64,000 nt of DNA from positions 3,392 to 67,391 of the forward strand of contig UQUN01000010.1 of NCBI GenBank assembly GCA_900544175.1, in the 5' to 3' direction. This stretch comes from an uncultured Alistipes sp. GTDB taxonomy: Bacteria > Bacteroidota > Bacteroidia > Bacteroidales > UBA932. The notes under the pieces were generated by a model. The model was not told where the DNA came from. It did not search any database and was given only the letters and a program-made list of their open reading frames with translations. Of the stretch, positions 1 through 9,331 are shown one piece after another. A program made the position numbers and the translations under genes. Numbering within the stretch: position 1 is the first letter of the stretch; every line of letters begins with the position of its first letter.

Positions 1-393
1 GGTGAAGCGGAACGGGCCGCAGCCGATGTAGTCCGCTCCTGAAGCAGCGTGCATACGGATGTCCTCCAGAGTATTGGCGGTGCCTCCGATGATGAATTGT
101 CCCTGGGGTAAAATCCTCCTGGCTTCAGCCACCGGCATGTCGGTCAGTCCCAGATGGACGCCGTCCGCTCCGCACTCACGTACCAGTTCCACGCGGTCAT
201 CGAGAATCAGGACGGCCCCGTACTGCCTGCACAGGGGCAGGGCCTTTCCTGCAGCGGCACGGACCTCATCCTCCGGGGCATCCTTCATGCGCAGCTGTAT
301 CCAGCGGCATCCGCCTTCGATGGCGATGCGTACGGAGTCGAGGTAGGAGAGGGTCTCCGTAAAGTGGGTGATGAATTGTACTTGAAAGCTCAT
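1..393 (-). CDS. thiE: Thiamine-phosphate synthase, N-terminal part (gene runs off window edge)
   Basis: Missing from the ORF track because it is truncated by the window edge. Reverse-complement from ATG (393-391) reads MSFQVQFITHFTETLSYLDSVRIAIEGGCRWIQLRMKD...DDRVELVRECGADGVHLGLTDMPVAEARR...GADYIGCGPF, matching TMP-TPase (ThiE) motifs. A TPP riboswitch lies immediately upstream. Confidence 0.75.
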   Translation of the reverse strand, partial: MSFQVQFITHFTETLSYLDSVRIAIEGGCRWIQLRMKDAPEDEVRAAAGKALPLCRQYGAVLILDDRVELVRECGADGVHLGLTDMPVAEARRILPQGQFIIGGTANTLEDIRMHAASGADYIGCGPFRFT

Positions 394-454
394 TTCTCAA
401 AAATTATCCGGAACGGAGAGATGCCGCGGACGCGCGGCGGAAGAGCCTTGCACT

Positions 455-550
455 CGAAAAGTCCCTACGACGGTACTGACCGTATCAGGTTCGACGGGTG
501 TAATCTCAGCCTCCGCGACCGTGCGGCCATACGGGAGGCACCCCTCTTTT
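455..550 (-). promoter_or_regulatory. TPP riboswitch (THI element) in the thiE 5' leader
   Basis: Minus-strand sequence reads GAGGGGUGCCUCCCG...GGCUGAGAUUACACCCGUCGAACCUGAUACGGUCAGUACCGUCGUAGGGA. It contains the diagnostic GGGGUGCC, CUGAGA, ACCC and GAACCUGAU..GG..A.UACC..CGUAGGGA aptamer blocks in the correct order and spacing. It sits about 65 nt upstream of the thiE ATG. Confidence 0.85.
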
Positions 551-573
551 CCGTATGCAAATATAGGATTTAA

Positions 574-601
574 TTTGGCTTATTGATTTTTTTTAGCTTT
601 G
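574..601 (+). promoter_or_regulatory. Bacteroidetes sigmaA-type promoter (-33 TTTG at 574-577, -7 TAGCTTTG at 594-601)
   Basis: TTTG and TAnnTTTG elements with 20-nt offset, about 30 nt upstream of the ORF starting at 632. Confidence 0.5.
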
Positions 602-631
602 CCATAGCTAATTGACTAAAATTTTAACGTT

Positions 632-1321
632 ATGAGAAAGATTTACACACTTGCGCTGGTGATTGCAGCAGTTCTCGCTTCCATGCCTCTGTACGGACAG
701 TCTAAGGACAAAAATCCCAAGTGGGTGGATTACACCGGAACACATGAAGTGGATGTCAGTGTGGGATTTCCGACAGCATATGCTCTGGCCTATATGACGG
801 ATATGAGCAGAGGGGCATTATGGCTTAATAATTGGGCAGGCGATATAATTGACTTCATTGATGGCAATGAGCCGGTCGACCGGGTGAACGCCAATGCGGC
901 GGGAGGGGACAGATTCATCCCGAATCTCCGTGCTGAATACGGGTATAATGTCCTAAGCTGGCTTAATGTCGGTGTGGCAGTCAATTATTCCGGCTGCTCG
1001 CGGCCCATGGAGGATATGGATTCCGGGCAGTATCTGTGGACGGAGAACACTCACCTGACAACAGTGACCGCCAAGGTCAAGTTTTATTGGCTGAACCGCA
1101 AGTGGGTGCGGATGTACTCCAGTGTGGGTGCCGGAGTGGGTGTATGCAGGACGAATCTTCTGTCGCAGGATGTGGCGGATTCAGAGACCTATGTGACAAC
1201 TACCCGTTTTACGCCGGATATCTGTCTGGTCGGACTTACCGTGGGCCGGAATCTTTACGGCCGTATAGAGTGGGGAACCCTCTACGGGGGACTCACAGCG
1301 GGTATCGGTTACCGCTTCTGA
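632..1321 (+). CDS. Outer-membrane beta-barrel protein (OmpW/porin-like), signal peptide
   Basis: N-terminal signal peptide MRKIYTLALVIAAVLASMPLYGQ. Alternating aromatic/hydrophobic beta-strand pattern, C-terminal ...GIGYRF ending in Phe as in OM barrels. Confidence 0.6.
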   Translation: MRKIYTLALVIAAVLASMPLYGQSKDKNPKWVDYTGTHEVDVSVGFPTAYALAYMTDMSRGALWLNNWAGDIIDFIDGNEPVDRVNANAAGGDRFIPNLRAEYGYNVLSWLNVGVAVNYSGCSRPMEDMDSGQYLWTENTHLTTVTAKVKFYWLNRKWVRMYSSVGAGVGVCRTNLLSQDVADSETYVTTTRFTPDICLVGLTVGRNLYGRIEWGTLYGGLTAGIGYRF

Positions 1322-1344
1322 CACTGGAGGCCGGTATCAGGAAA

Positions 1345-1947
1345 TCATATTATGCGCCAGTCGTGAAGTTCACGGCTGAGTGCTGTTTCGCGACCGCCGA
1401 GCAGGGAGTCCAGCAGGGCGTGGAATCCGGGACCGTGGTCCTGGTAACGGAGGTGGCATAGCTCGTGCAGGATGACGTAGTCCTGCAGGTGCTCCGGGAG
1501 GAGAATCAGGCGCATGTTGAGGTTGATATTGCCCTTCGAGGAGCAGGATCCCCAGTTGGAGACGTTGTTTTTGACGGCCATGCGGCCCTTGAAGGGAAAT
1601 CCATATCTTGCTGCGGCTTCCCTCAATTTCGGCGCCAGTACAGCGCGGGCCTCTTCCCGCATCCGTTCGAGAGCGACCGGGTCGTCCGGAACACCTGCCG
1701 TCCGGCCTTCTGCTTCCGCATGCTGCTGCCTGAGTGCCTGTTTTTGCAGGACGTTCCTTATCCATTGGACTTTGGACATGAGAAATCTTTCTGCTGCGGC
1801 ATAGGGTACCGGCCATGGTACGGTCACTGTCACTCCACGTCTGGGCGATACGCTGATACGCAGTCTTCGTGCTCCGGCTTTTCTGAGCATGAGGACTTCT
1901 CCGATTCCGGGAACTGTGATGACTTTCTGGGAATTTGTCCGGAACAT
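1345..1947 (-). CDS. YgjP/SprT-like M48-family metal-dependent hydrolase (DUF45)
   Basis: HELCH zinc-binding HExxH motif near the C-terminus. Length and architecture typical of the YgjP family. Confidence 0.7.
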   Translation of the reverse strand: MFRTNSQKVITVPGIGEVLMLRKAGARRLRISVSPRRGVTVTVPWPVPYAAAERFLMSKVQWIRNVLQKQALRQQHAEAEGRTAGVPDDPVALERMREEARAVLAPKLREAAARYGFPFKGRMAVKNNVSNWGSCSSKGNINLNMRLILLPEHLQDYVILHELCHLRYQDHGPGFHALLDSLLGGRETALSRELHDWRII

Positions 1948-2006
1948 AGTTTTGTCGTTGAGGAAAAATTTGTATGCAAAAGTAGTATAATTTGATTTTA
2001 ATTACA

Positions 2007-2014
2007 TATCTTTG
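2007..2014 (+). promoter_or_regulatory. -7 box TATCTTTG (TAnnTTTG) upstream of rpsO
   Basis: Exact match to the Bacteroidetes -7 consensus, 58 nt upstream of the rpsO ATG. The -33 TTTG at 1991 is closer than ideal. Confidence 0.45.
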
Positions 2015-2071
2015 CAAGCCCGATTTTGGGGAAGAATTATAAGTTTAACTGATTTATTAATTTAAAGGTTT

Positions 2072-2347
2072 ATGGCAGAGTATCTTGCAGCAGACAAGAA
2101 GCAAGAGATTTTCGCTAAATACGGGAAGTCTAATACGGACACCGGCTCGGCAGAGAGTCAGATTGCTCTATTTTCCTACCGTATCGCTCATCTGACAGAA
2201 CACCTTCGCAACAACAAGAAGGACTTCGGCACCCAGCGTGCCCTGCTCCGTCTTGTGGGTAAGAGGCGCCGCCTCCTCGATTACCTGAAGGCCAAGGATA
2301 TTGAGAGATACAGGGAGATCGTCAAAGCACTCAACTTACGTAAATAA
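2072..2347 (+). CDS. rpsO: 30S ribosomal protein S15
   Basis: 91 aa, ...LTEHLRNNKKDFGTQRALLRLVGKRRRLLDYLK... is the canonical S15 core. Confidence 0.95.
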   Translation: MAEYLAADKKQEIFAKYGKSNTDTGSAESQIALFSYRIAHLTEHLRNNKKDFGTQRALLRLVGKRRRLLDYLKAKDIERYREIVKALNLRK

Positions 2348-2368
2348 GGCTTTGGCACTTGAAAGAAA

Positions 2369-2405
2369 CGGGGTTGTCCTGATTTGAACGGCAGCCCCTT
2401 TTTCT
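2369..2405 (+). terminator. Rho-independent terminator after rpsO
   Basis: ACGGGGTTGTCC-tgatttgaa-CGGCAGCCCC hairpin (9 bp with 2 GU) followed by TTTTTT. Confidence 0.7.
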
Positions 2406-2447
2406 TAATACAGGCAGGAGGCTCAGGAAGGCAACATTTAAGAAGAT

Positions 2448-4697
2448 ATGAATATAGTTAAGAAGACCATCACAATGGGTGATGGAACGATCGTAGAGAT
2501 CGAGACCGGCAAGCTGGCCAAGCAGGCAGCCGGTTCTGTAGTCGTCAAGGTCGGCGGCATGATGCTGCTGGCCACAGTCACATGTGCCAAGGACGCGAAG
2601 GAGGATGTGGATTTCATGCCTCTGTCAGTGGAGTACAAGGAAAAATACGCCGCCGCAGGCCGTTATCCCGGTGGATTCCTCAAGAGAGAGGGACGTGCTT
2701 CGGATTCGGAGATTCTGGTGGCCCGTCTGGTTGACAGGGCTCTCCGTCCTCTTTTCCCCGATGATTTCCATGCGGAGGTATTCGTCAATGTGATTATGAT
2801 ATCGGCCGATAAGGTCAATATGCCTGACAGTTATGCGGGTCTTGCGGCTTCGGCAGCATTGGCGGTAAGCGATATCCCCTGGCACGGCCCTATCTCCGAG
2901 GTGAGGGTTGCCCGTATCGATGGACAGTTTGTGATCAATCCCACGTTTGATGTTGTGGACAAGGCCGACATGGAACTCATAGTCGCCGCTACCGAGGAGA
3001 ATATCATGATGGTCGAGGGCGAGATGAAGGAGGTGAGCGAGAAGGAGATGCTCGATGCCATCAAGTTTGCTCACGAGGCCATCAAGGAGCAGTGCCGCGT
3101 GCAGAAGGAGATGATGGTGGAGACCGGGAAGGTGGAGAAGAAGGCTTACTGCCACGAGGAGAATGACGAGGATCTCCGCAAGGCCGTCCGCGACTACTGC
3201 TACGACAAATGCTACGCCATAGCCAAGAGCGGTCTGGCAAAGCATGAGCGTGAGGACGCTTTCGATGCTCTGAAAGAGGAGTTCATGGAGACCATTCCCG
3301 AGGAAGAGAGAGAGGACAAGACCATGATGGTCAACAGATATTACGGTGCGGTGGAGAAAGAGGCCATGCGCCGTATGATTATAGACGAGGGTGTTCGTCT
3401 GGACGGCCGCAGCACTACTCAGATCCGCCCGATCTGGTGCGAGGTGGGCTATCTGCCCGGAGCGCACGGCTCGGCTATTTTCACCCGGGGCGAGACCCAG
3501 TCCCTGTCGACTGTCACCCTCGGAACCAAAATGGACATGAAAGAGCTGGATGAGGTGCTGGTACAGGGTACGCAGCAGTTTGTCCTTCACTATAACTTCC
3601 CTCCTTTCGCAACGGGAGAGGCCAAGCCTCAGAGAGGAGTGGGCCGTCGTGAGATCGGTCACGGTAACCTGGCCTGGAGGGCCTTGAAGCCGGTAGTGCC
3701 TGTAGGAGACGAGAATCCCTACGCTGTCCGCGTGGTGTCCGATATCCTCGAGTCCAACGGATCTTCATCCATGGCTACAGTCTGCGCCGGTACGCTGGCC
3801 CTTATGGACTGCGGTGTCAAGATCAAGAAACCGGTATCCGGTATCGCAATGGGCCTTATCTCTGACGAGAAGACAGGTAAGTTCGTAGTGCTCTCCGATA
3901 TTCTCGGCGATGAGGACCATCTCGGAGACATGGATTTCAAGGTTACCGGAACCAAGGACGGCATTACTGCTACCCAGATGGATATCAAGGTGGACGGACT
4001 TCCTTACGAGGTGCTCGAGCAGGCTCTGGCCCAGGCCAAGGAAGGACGTGCCCATATCATGGGTGAGATGCTCAAGACCATTTCCGAGCCCCGTGCCGAT
4101 TACCGTCCCAATGTGCCCCGTATCGTTCAGATTATCATTCCCGGAGAGTTCATCGGCGCCGTTATCGGTACCGGCGGAAAGGTTATTCAGGATATTCAGA
4201 AGACAACCGGCACTACTATTACTATCACTGAGGAGGGTGACAAGGGTATCGTGGATATCTTCGGTGAGAACAAGGAAGCCATGGACGCCGCACTGGCCCG
4301 CATCAAGGCCATCACTACCGTTCCCGAGGTAGGCGAGGTTTATCATGGTAAGGTAGTGTCCATTCTGGAATTCGGTGCTTTCGTGGAGATTCTGCCCGGC
4401 AAGGAAGGTCTGCTGCACATCTCCGAGCTGGACTATAAGAAGGTGGACAAGGTAGAGGATGTGCTTCAGGTCGGCGATGAGGTGGATGTCAAGCTTCTTG
4501 AGATAGACGAGAAGACCGGAAAGATGCGTCTTTCCCGCAGGGCCTTGCTGCCTGCACCGGAGGGATGGGTAGAGCATGAGCGTAAGCCCCGTCTCAATGG
4601 CGGCAATGGTGGCAGCCGCGGAGGACGTGACCGCGACCGTGGAGGTGACCGCGGAAGAGGTCCCCGCCGCGACGGTGACAAAGGCGGCCGCCGCTAA
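2448..4697 (+). CDS. pnp: Polyribonucleotide nucleotidyltransferase (PNPase) with R/G-rich C-terminal tail
   Basis: 749 aa. Two RNase PH domains, KH ([15 protein letters not shown]) and S1 ([22 protein letters not shown]) domains. Tail [33 protein letters not shown]. Confidence 0.95.
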   Translation: MNIVKKTITMGDGTIVEIETGKLAKQAAGSVVVKVGGMMLLATVTCAKDAKEDVDFMPLSVEYKEKYAAAGRYPGGFLKREGRASDSEILVARLVDRALRPLFPDDFHAEVFVNVIMISADKVNMPDSYAGLAASAALAVSDIPWHGPISEVRVARIDGQFVINPTFDVVDKADMELIVAATEENIMMVEGEMKEVSEKEMLDAIKFAHEAIKEQCRVQKEMMVETGKVEKKAYCHEENDEDLRKAVRDYCYDKCYAIAKSGLAKHEREDAFDALKEEFMETIPEEEREDKTMMVNRYYGAVEKEAMRRMIIDEGVRLDGRSTTQIRPIWCEVGYLPGAHGSAIFTRGETQSLSTVTLGTKMDMKELDEVLVQGTQQFVLHYNFPPFATGEAKPQRGVGRREIGHGNLAWRALKPVVPVGDENPYAVRVVSDILESNGSSSMATVCAGTLALMDCGVKIKKPVSGIAMGLISDEKTGKFVVLSDILGDEDHLGDMDFKVTGTKDGITATQMDIKVDGLPYEVLEQALAQAKEGRAHIMGEMLKTISEPRADYRPNVPRIVQIIIPGEFIGAVIGTGGKVIQDIQKTTGTTITITEEGDKGIVDIFGENKEAMDAALARIKAITTVPEVGEVYHGKVVSILEFGAFVEILPGKEGLLHISELDYKKVDKVEDVLQVGDEVDVKLLEIDEKTGKMRLSRRALLPAPEGWVEHERKPRLNGGNGGSRGGRDRDRGGDRGRGPRRDGDKGGRR

Positions 4698-4747
4698 TCC
4701 GGACATGATTTGACACCGTTGCAGTTTTTACTGTTGACACAATAATC

Positions 4748-4786
4748 AGCGTGTGTTTCCCCTTTTGGAGACACACGCTTTTTTGA
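4748..4786 (+). terminator. Rho-independent terminator after pnp
   Basis: AGCGTGTGTTTCC-cctttt-GGAGACACACGCT (12/13 bp stem) followed by TTTTTT. Confidence 0.8.
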
Positions 4787-5327
4787 TTCCATGCTTCCGG
4801 ACAGTGCCCCTCCATCCTTATCTCGTGTCAGTAGATTTTCCGAGGGGTATGCGTACTGTTACTGTAAAATTACGGACACAATAGGGAAAGTCCTGCTGAT
4901 TTCAAGCGAGTCAGACTTCAGGCGTTGATGTGTACTTCACGTCCAACAAAGTGCGCTCACAGAAATGCCTGATAATCAGATATTCTGGAGAAGGGTGTCT
5001 GCTGGACTTGTGAAGATATGGGGCAGAATGGCCGTTTGGTAGCGAAATATGCCTGGTCCAGCAAGTTGCCAAAACGTATGTCTTTGATAATAAGCGGGAT
5101 GAATTTTGGTGATATGCTGGACATTGCAAAATGGCTGCGTCTGAGACGCAAGTGCCCGGGACGCGATCTCCTCCTCACGGCCCGTCTGCCACACCGGCAC
5201 CGGATCGCGGGAAACGCTGCCGTTGCGGAACCCTGGGAACGTGAACCACAAGGCAGGGCGAGTGCTTCATGATTGGCGCAGAATGGGTGCGTGACGGAAA
5301 AGTGCTCTGGGTTTGTAGGAAACCGGG

Positions 5328-6278
5328 TCACTTTTCCGGAGTGGCTGGAGAGGATGGGCGGTAGAGGCGGCCTTGGAAGGTATCGCGTTCTTCGAGACGT
5401 TGCTCCAGCAGGCGTATGAGCTCGGTGTTGCGGAGCAGGCCCCATGGAGTGGAATTGACGAAGCGTGGCGGTACCTCGCCGGCGAAGCGTTCGATGTACA
5501 GATCGGGACGGAGACGTTCCAGCAGTCCGGTCATGAAGTCGAGGTATCCGTCCAAGGAGAATGTGACGAAGTCTGACGGGTGCGAGGCGAATTCTCGCTC
5601 CATGGCCGTGCCCCGGACTATCTGGAGCTGGTGGAATTTGACGGAGTGCAGAGGCAGGGCATTGATAATAGGCGCATAGGCCAGCATGTCATCGATACTT
5701 TCTCCGGGCAGGCCGAAGATGAAGTGTGCCCCCTGTGTCAGTCCACGTTCGGCAGTCATCTTTACTGCTCTGACTGCGTCTGCAAAGGAGTGGCCCCGGT
5801 TGATGCGTTTCAAAGTCCTGTCATAGCATGATTCGATACCGTATTCGATGATGACTATATGCCCCCTGGCTGCCAGCGAGGCGAGGTAGTCCAGTTTCCC
5901 GGCATCTACACAGTCAGGTCTGGTGCCGATGACGATACCTGCCACATGAGGATGGGACAGGGCCTCACCGTATACGGTCATGAGCCGTTCTAATGGAGCG
6001 TACGTGTTTGAGTATGGCTGGAAATAGGCCAGGAATTTTTCCGCTTTACGATAGCGGACACGGTGGAACCTGATGCCCTCGTCTATCTGCTCGCGGATAG
6101 GGATACCGGCAGTGCTGTAGCCGGGATGGAAGGCCGCGTTGTCGCAGTAGGTGCAGCCGCCGGTACCGACGAGTCCGTCCCGGTTGGGGCAGGTGAAACC
6201 GGCGTCCACAACGACCTTTTGCAGCCGTTCTCCGTAAGTTCTCTTGAAATAGCCGACGTATGAGTTGTATCTGCTCAT
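5328..6278 (-). CDS. TIGR01212-family radical SAM protein (YhcC-like)
   Basis: N-terminus MSRYNSYVGYFKRTYGERLQKVVVDAGFTCPNRDG...GGCTYC with the characteristic Cys cluster of this radical SAM subfamily. 316 aa. Confidence 0.8.
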   Translation of the reverse strand: MSRYNSYVGYFKRTYGERLQKVVVDAGFTCPNRDGLVGTGGCTYCDNAAFHPGYSTAGIPIREQIDEGIRFHRVRYRKAEKFLAYFQPYSNTYAPLERLMTVYGEALSHPHVAGIVIGTRPDCVDAGKLDYLASLAARGHIVIIEYGIESCYDRTLKRINRGHSFADAVRAVKMTAERGLTQGAHFIFGLPGESIDDMLAYAPIINALPLHSVKFHQLQIVRGTAMEREFASHPSDFVTFSLDGYLDFMTGLLERLRPDLYIERFAGEVPPRFVNSTPWGLLRNTELIRLLEQRLEERDTFQGRLYRPSSPATPEK

Positions 6279-6321
6279 GACTTCATGACCTGAGGATACG
6301 GTGTGCCGCTTGCGAATGTTG

Positions 6322-6768
6322 TCACAGACGGACTTTGAAGACGGCTTTTCTGATGGATCCTGAGCCTATGAGCGGTGCGTGGCAGTCCTGTGGAAAACAG
6401 ATTACGAAGTTGTCGTCAGAGTAGCTGATGTAAGCCTCCGGCTGTTCTTTCAGGAAAGCGATGTCATCGGCCTCGTCATACTTGACATCGATTCCGAGGC
6501 ATTTGGACCTGTCCCGGAAGCCGATGATTTCCGTGCCTTCAAGTATGACGTGGATGTCTATGAATGTATCATGCACCTCAAGAGGAGCGTTCTCGATCTC
6601 CTTGGCTTTGTTGACGGATATGGTACACCATACATTGCCTTCTTCGATGACGTGCCTGCCTTCTGGAAGGGAGTGAAGGTCGTGACTCCTGATGAACTCA
6701 TGCACTTTTCCGAATGACGGGTGCAGGGTGGTGTATCTCTCAAAACTTCTTAACGAATCCAGTATCAT
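6322..6768 (-). CDS. YhcH/YjgK/YiaL (DUF386) family protein
   Basis: 148 aa, cupin-like family signature ...HDTFIDIHVILEGTEIIG... Confidence 0.6.
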   Translation of the reverse strand: MILDSLRSFERYTTLHPSFGKVHEFIRSHDLHSLPEGRHVIEEGNVWCTISVNKAKEIENAPLEVHDTFIDIHVILEGTEIIGFRDRSKCLGIDVKYDEADDIAFLKEQPEAYISYSDDNFVICFPQDCHAPLIGSGSIRKAVFKVRL

Positions 6769-6795
6769 ATTGTTTGCAATAGTGTCTTGTCGGTG

Positions 6796-7980
6796 TTACT
6801 TGCTGTATACGCTCCGTCTGGTGACGGCTGTCAGTATGGTGAGGAGTATGATTATGCATACGGCAGGATGGAATGTCTGCGGCAGCAGCCATGATGCAGT
6901 CAGCCCTACCGTTGATATGAGGGTCAGAATGGTTATGATAATGTTCTTGACCCGGCCTCCCCTGATTACTGCCGGGATGAGGAACAGGGGATTCATCCAC
7001 AGCAGATTCCAGTTTTCGGCTGTCCAGATATGGTTGGTGGCTATCCACATGAGCGTCAGAATGACTCCTCCTGTCCCGAGTATGGCGTAGAGGACGGTTG
7101 AGAATATTCTGGTAAATCTCTGTTTGTTTCCTGTGCGTAGGAAGAACAGCAGGTAGAACAGGAATACGGCCGTGAATACTGTGAACGGTGATGTGATTCT
7201 GGACAGTGTCTTCTTGAAATGACCGGGGCCTGGGGCAGGTCCGCTTATCGTGTTTTCCGATGTCATCAGCGGTATGCCTCCCATGTCTTGATTGCGGTAT
7301 GTCGCAAGTATTCCGGCCAGTCTGTCGGGAAGGAACTCTGTTTCCCGTAAGGTTATCCGGCGGTCGACTCTGGCGCCGAGCAGGAGGTCCACACCGAACA
7401 TCATCCACCGTCTGTCTCCGATGAGCCTGTCCAGCTCGCTTCTGTATGTCATGTCGGTGACAGTGTCGGTAAGGATGAATTCATCTTTGCCGTAACGGTC
7501 GAATATGTCTCTTATGCGTGTTGCGCAGTTGTCCTGCAGGAAATCGTACAGGTAATACTTGTTTTCAGGTCGGGCGTTTTCCATAAGGAAAGAGTATATT
7601 CTGGCTTTCTGGTCTTCCGTGAGGTTCATCGGCTGCTCGGTGATGCCGCGCCCAGCTCTTTCGTATGCGCTCTTGAACTCATTGAAATAGCTTATGGAAA
7701 GGAAATAATTGAGGTCTCCCTTGAGAAAATTGAGCAGGAAGTGTGGCTCGTTGAAACTGAATGTCCCATAGTTGAAGACGATGTCGCGTCCTTTTTCCGA
7801 ATCCCGGACGCGGATGGCCGAGTGTCCGAATGCCGAGGAAATATCCTTTCCTTGCGAGCATGTAAGCAGCGATATGGACAGGGTCTGGCGACAGGTGTCC
7901 TGCGGGGATACGTGGCTCTGGCCTGTCATGGTCATGACGGCTGCGACTGTCATGAGGATAATCAGTGTAAACCTTTTCAT
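6796..7980 (-). CDS. DUF4105 (Lnb N-terminal-like) domain membrane protein
   Basis: Start taken at internal Met MKRFTLIILMTVAAVMTMTGQ (signal peptide); the ORF-track start at 8100 is an upstream extension. Periplasmic DUF4105-like region followed by about 5 TM helices. Confidence 0.6.
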   Translation of the reverse strand: MKRFTLIILMTVAAVMTMTGQSHVSPQDTCRQTLSISLLTCSQGKDISSAFGHSAIRVRDSEKGRDIVFNYGTFSFNEPHFLLNFLKGDLNYFLSISYFNEFKSAYERAGRGITEQPMNLTEDQKARIYSFLMENARPENKYYLYDFLQDNCATRIRDIFDRYGKDEFILTDTVTDMTYRSELDRLIGDRRWMMFGVDLLLGARVDRRITLRETEFLPDRLAGILATYRNQDMGGIPLMTSENTISGPAPGPGHFKKTLSRITSPFTVFTAVFLFYLLFFLRTGNKQRFTRIFSTVLYAILGTGGVILTLMWIATNHIWTAENWNLLWMNPLFLIPAVIRGGRVKNIIITILTLISTVGLTASWLLPQTFHPAVCIIILLTILTAVTRRSVYSK

Positions 7981-8023
7981 AATAAATTTCAAAAATATAA
8001 AAAACTCGTTTATATTTGCAGGA

Positions 8024-8998
8024 ATGAAGAAAGTTTTGTTCACAATCGTGCTTTTCTGTCTTCTTGGCGCAGTCTCCCATGCGGCGTCAGAGAAAAGCAT
8101 GGCCTTGGTGTCCGTATCCGTTACGGATATGAAATCGGAGCCGGACTATCAGTCAGAGACGATTTCCCAGGCAGTTATGGGCACACCTGTTGAGGTTACC
8201 GGCAAGCACGGGTACTGGTACTCGATTGTGACGCCGGAGGGGTATTCCGGTTGGACGACGGAACTCAATATCGCTCTTTTGTCCGATGAGCGTTTCGAGC
8301 AGTGGAAATCTGCGTCAAGATATATAGTCACGGATTATTTCACGGTGGTCAGAGAAGATCCGCATGAGCAGGCAAGGGTTATTTCGGACTGTGTCATGGG
8401 CAATATAGTCGAGGCATGGGCAGCGGGGGAAGGCAACGACGGGTATGTCCCGGTGATGCTGCCTGACGGCAGGGCCGGCTACATCGGACGGCACAGTGTG
8501 AAGTCCATGTCCGGATGGCTGTCCTCTGTGGAGTCTCCGTCAGGGGAGGATATCGTCGCTACCGCCGGAATGTTCCTCGGATTCCCTTACCTGTGGGGAG
8601 GGCTTTCGCCCAAGGGGCTTGACTGCAGCGGACTTGTGAAGATGAGTTATTTCATGAACGGAATCATTCTGCTTCGGGATGCCCGTCAGCAGATAAACAC
8701 CGGTACTGCGTTGGATTTTACCGACATACTCGGAAACCTGAGATCCGGCGATTTGGTCTTCTTCGGCCGTCCCGCAGCGGACGGAGGACCGGGCAGTGTG
8801 ACTCATGTAGGCATCTACATGTCTGACGGCATGATGATCCATTCTTCCCTCCGGGTAAGGATCAACAGTCTGTTGCCGGGAAGGCAGGATTCATACACTA
8901 ACAAGAGCATTGTCGGCGCTGTCAGGATTCTCGGAAACCAGAATACTGGACCCGGTATAGTGACGGTGGCCGACCATCCGTGGTACTTCAACGACTGA
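8024..8998 (+). CDS. NlpC/P60 (C40) cell-wall peptidase with SH3b-like domains
   Basis: Start at MKKVLFTIVLFCLLGAVSHA (signal peptide); the track ORF begins further upstream without a signal peptide. Catalytic GLDCSGLV Cys motif and downstream His (HVGIYMSDG). Confidence 0.8.
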   Translation: MKKVLFTIVLFCLLGAVSHAASEKSMALVSVSVTDMKSEPDYQSETISQAVMGTPVEVTGKHGYWYSIVTPEGYSGWTTELNIALLSDERFEQWKSASRYIVTDYFTVVREDPHEQARVISDCVMGNIVEAWAAGEGNDGYVPVMLPDGRAGYIGRHSVKSMSGWLSSVESPSGEDIVATAGMFLGFPYLWGGLSPKGLDCSGLVKMSYFMNGIILLRDARQQINTGTALDFTDILGNLRSGDLVFFGRPAADGGPGSVTHVGIYMSDGMMIHSSLRVRINSLLPGRQDSYTNKSIVGAVRILGNQNTGPGIVTVADHPWYFND

Positions 8999-9034
8999 GT
9001 ATAATAGAGACAAGCAATATTAAAACGAAGGATT

Positions 9035-9316
9035 ATGAATTTAAGAGTTATTAAAAAGGATGTCAATTATCTGATAGACGAGTTCCTGTCAGATGCATTT
9101 ATCAGCATGGGCTTTAATGGAGGTGAGGAAAAGTCCGGACAGATTCTCGATCTGACCAACGAGGCTCTTGACCTACGCGACGGTATTCTGGCAAGGATCA
9201 GCCATCCGGAGGGAAATAAAAAGTCATACTACCGTAACCTTACTGAAGAACTTCTCAGTTCTCTGGACGTGATGTATGACAAGCTTAGTGCGATAGTTTC
9301 AAAGAAGGCGGAGTGA
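9035..9316 (+). CDS. Small hypothetical protein (93 aa), no recognisable family
   Basis: Clean ORF filling the gap immediately upstream of guaB. Predicted helical, no signal peptide. Confidence 0.4.
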   Translation: MNLRVIKKDVNYLIDEFLSDAFISMGFNGGEEKSGQILDLTNEALDLRDGILARISHPEGNKKSYYRNLTEELLSSLDVMYDKLSAIVSKKAE

Positions 9317-9331
9317 CAAGGAGACAATACG

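Noticed and set aside
4860-4980. GGGAAAGTCC and ACAGAAATGCC motifs reminiscent of RNase P RNA (P4 GGAAAGUCCGG / 3' ACAGAACCCGGCUUA).
   Set aside because: The two motifs are only about 85 nt apart instead of about 300 nt. The universally conserved GGUAAGAGCGCACC / GGGUGAAA blocks are absent. Not RNase P.
5018-5272. 84-aa ORF and overlapping minus-strand ORFs (4911-5129, 4957-5445, 4976-5251) in the pnp-downstream gap.
   Set aside because: Mutually overlapping, low-complexity (R/P/A-rich) translations. The 4957-5445 ORF also overlaps the 3' end of the radical SAM gene. Not credible as coding.
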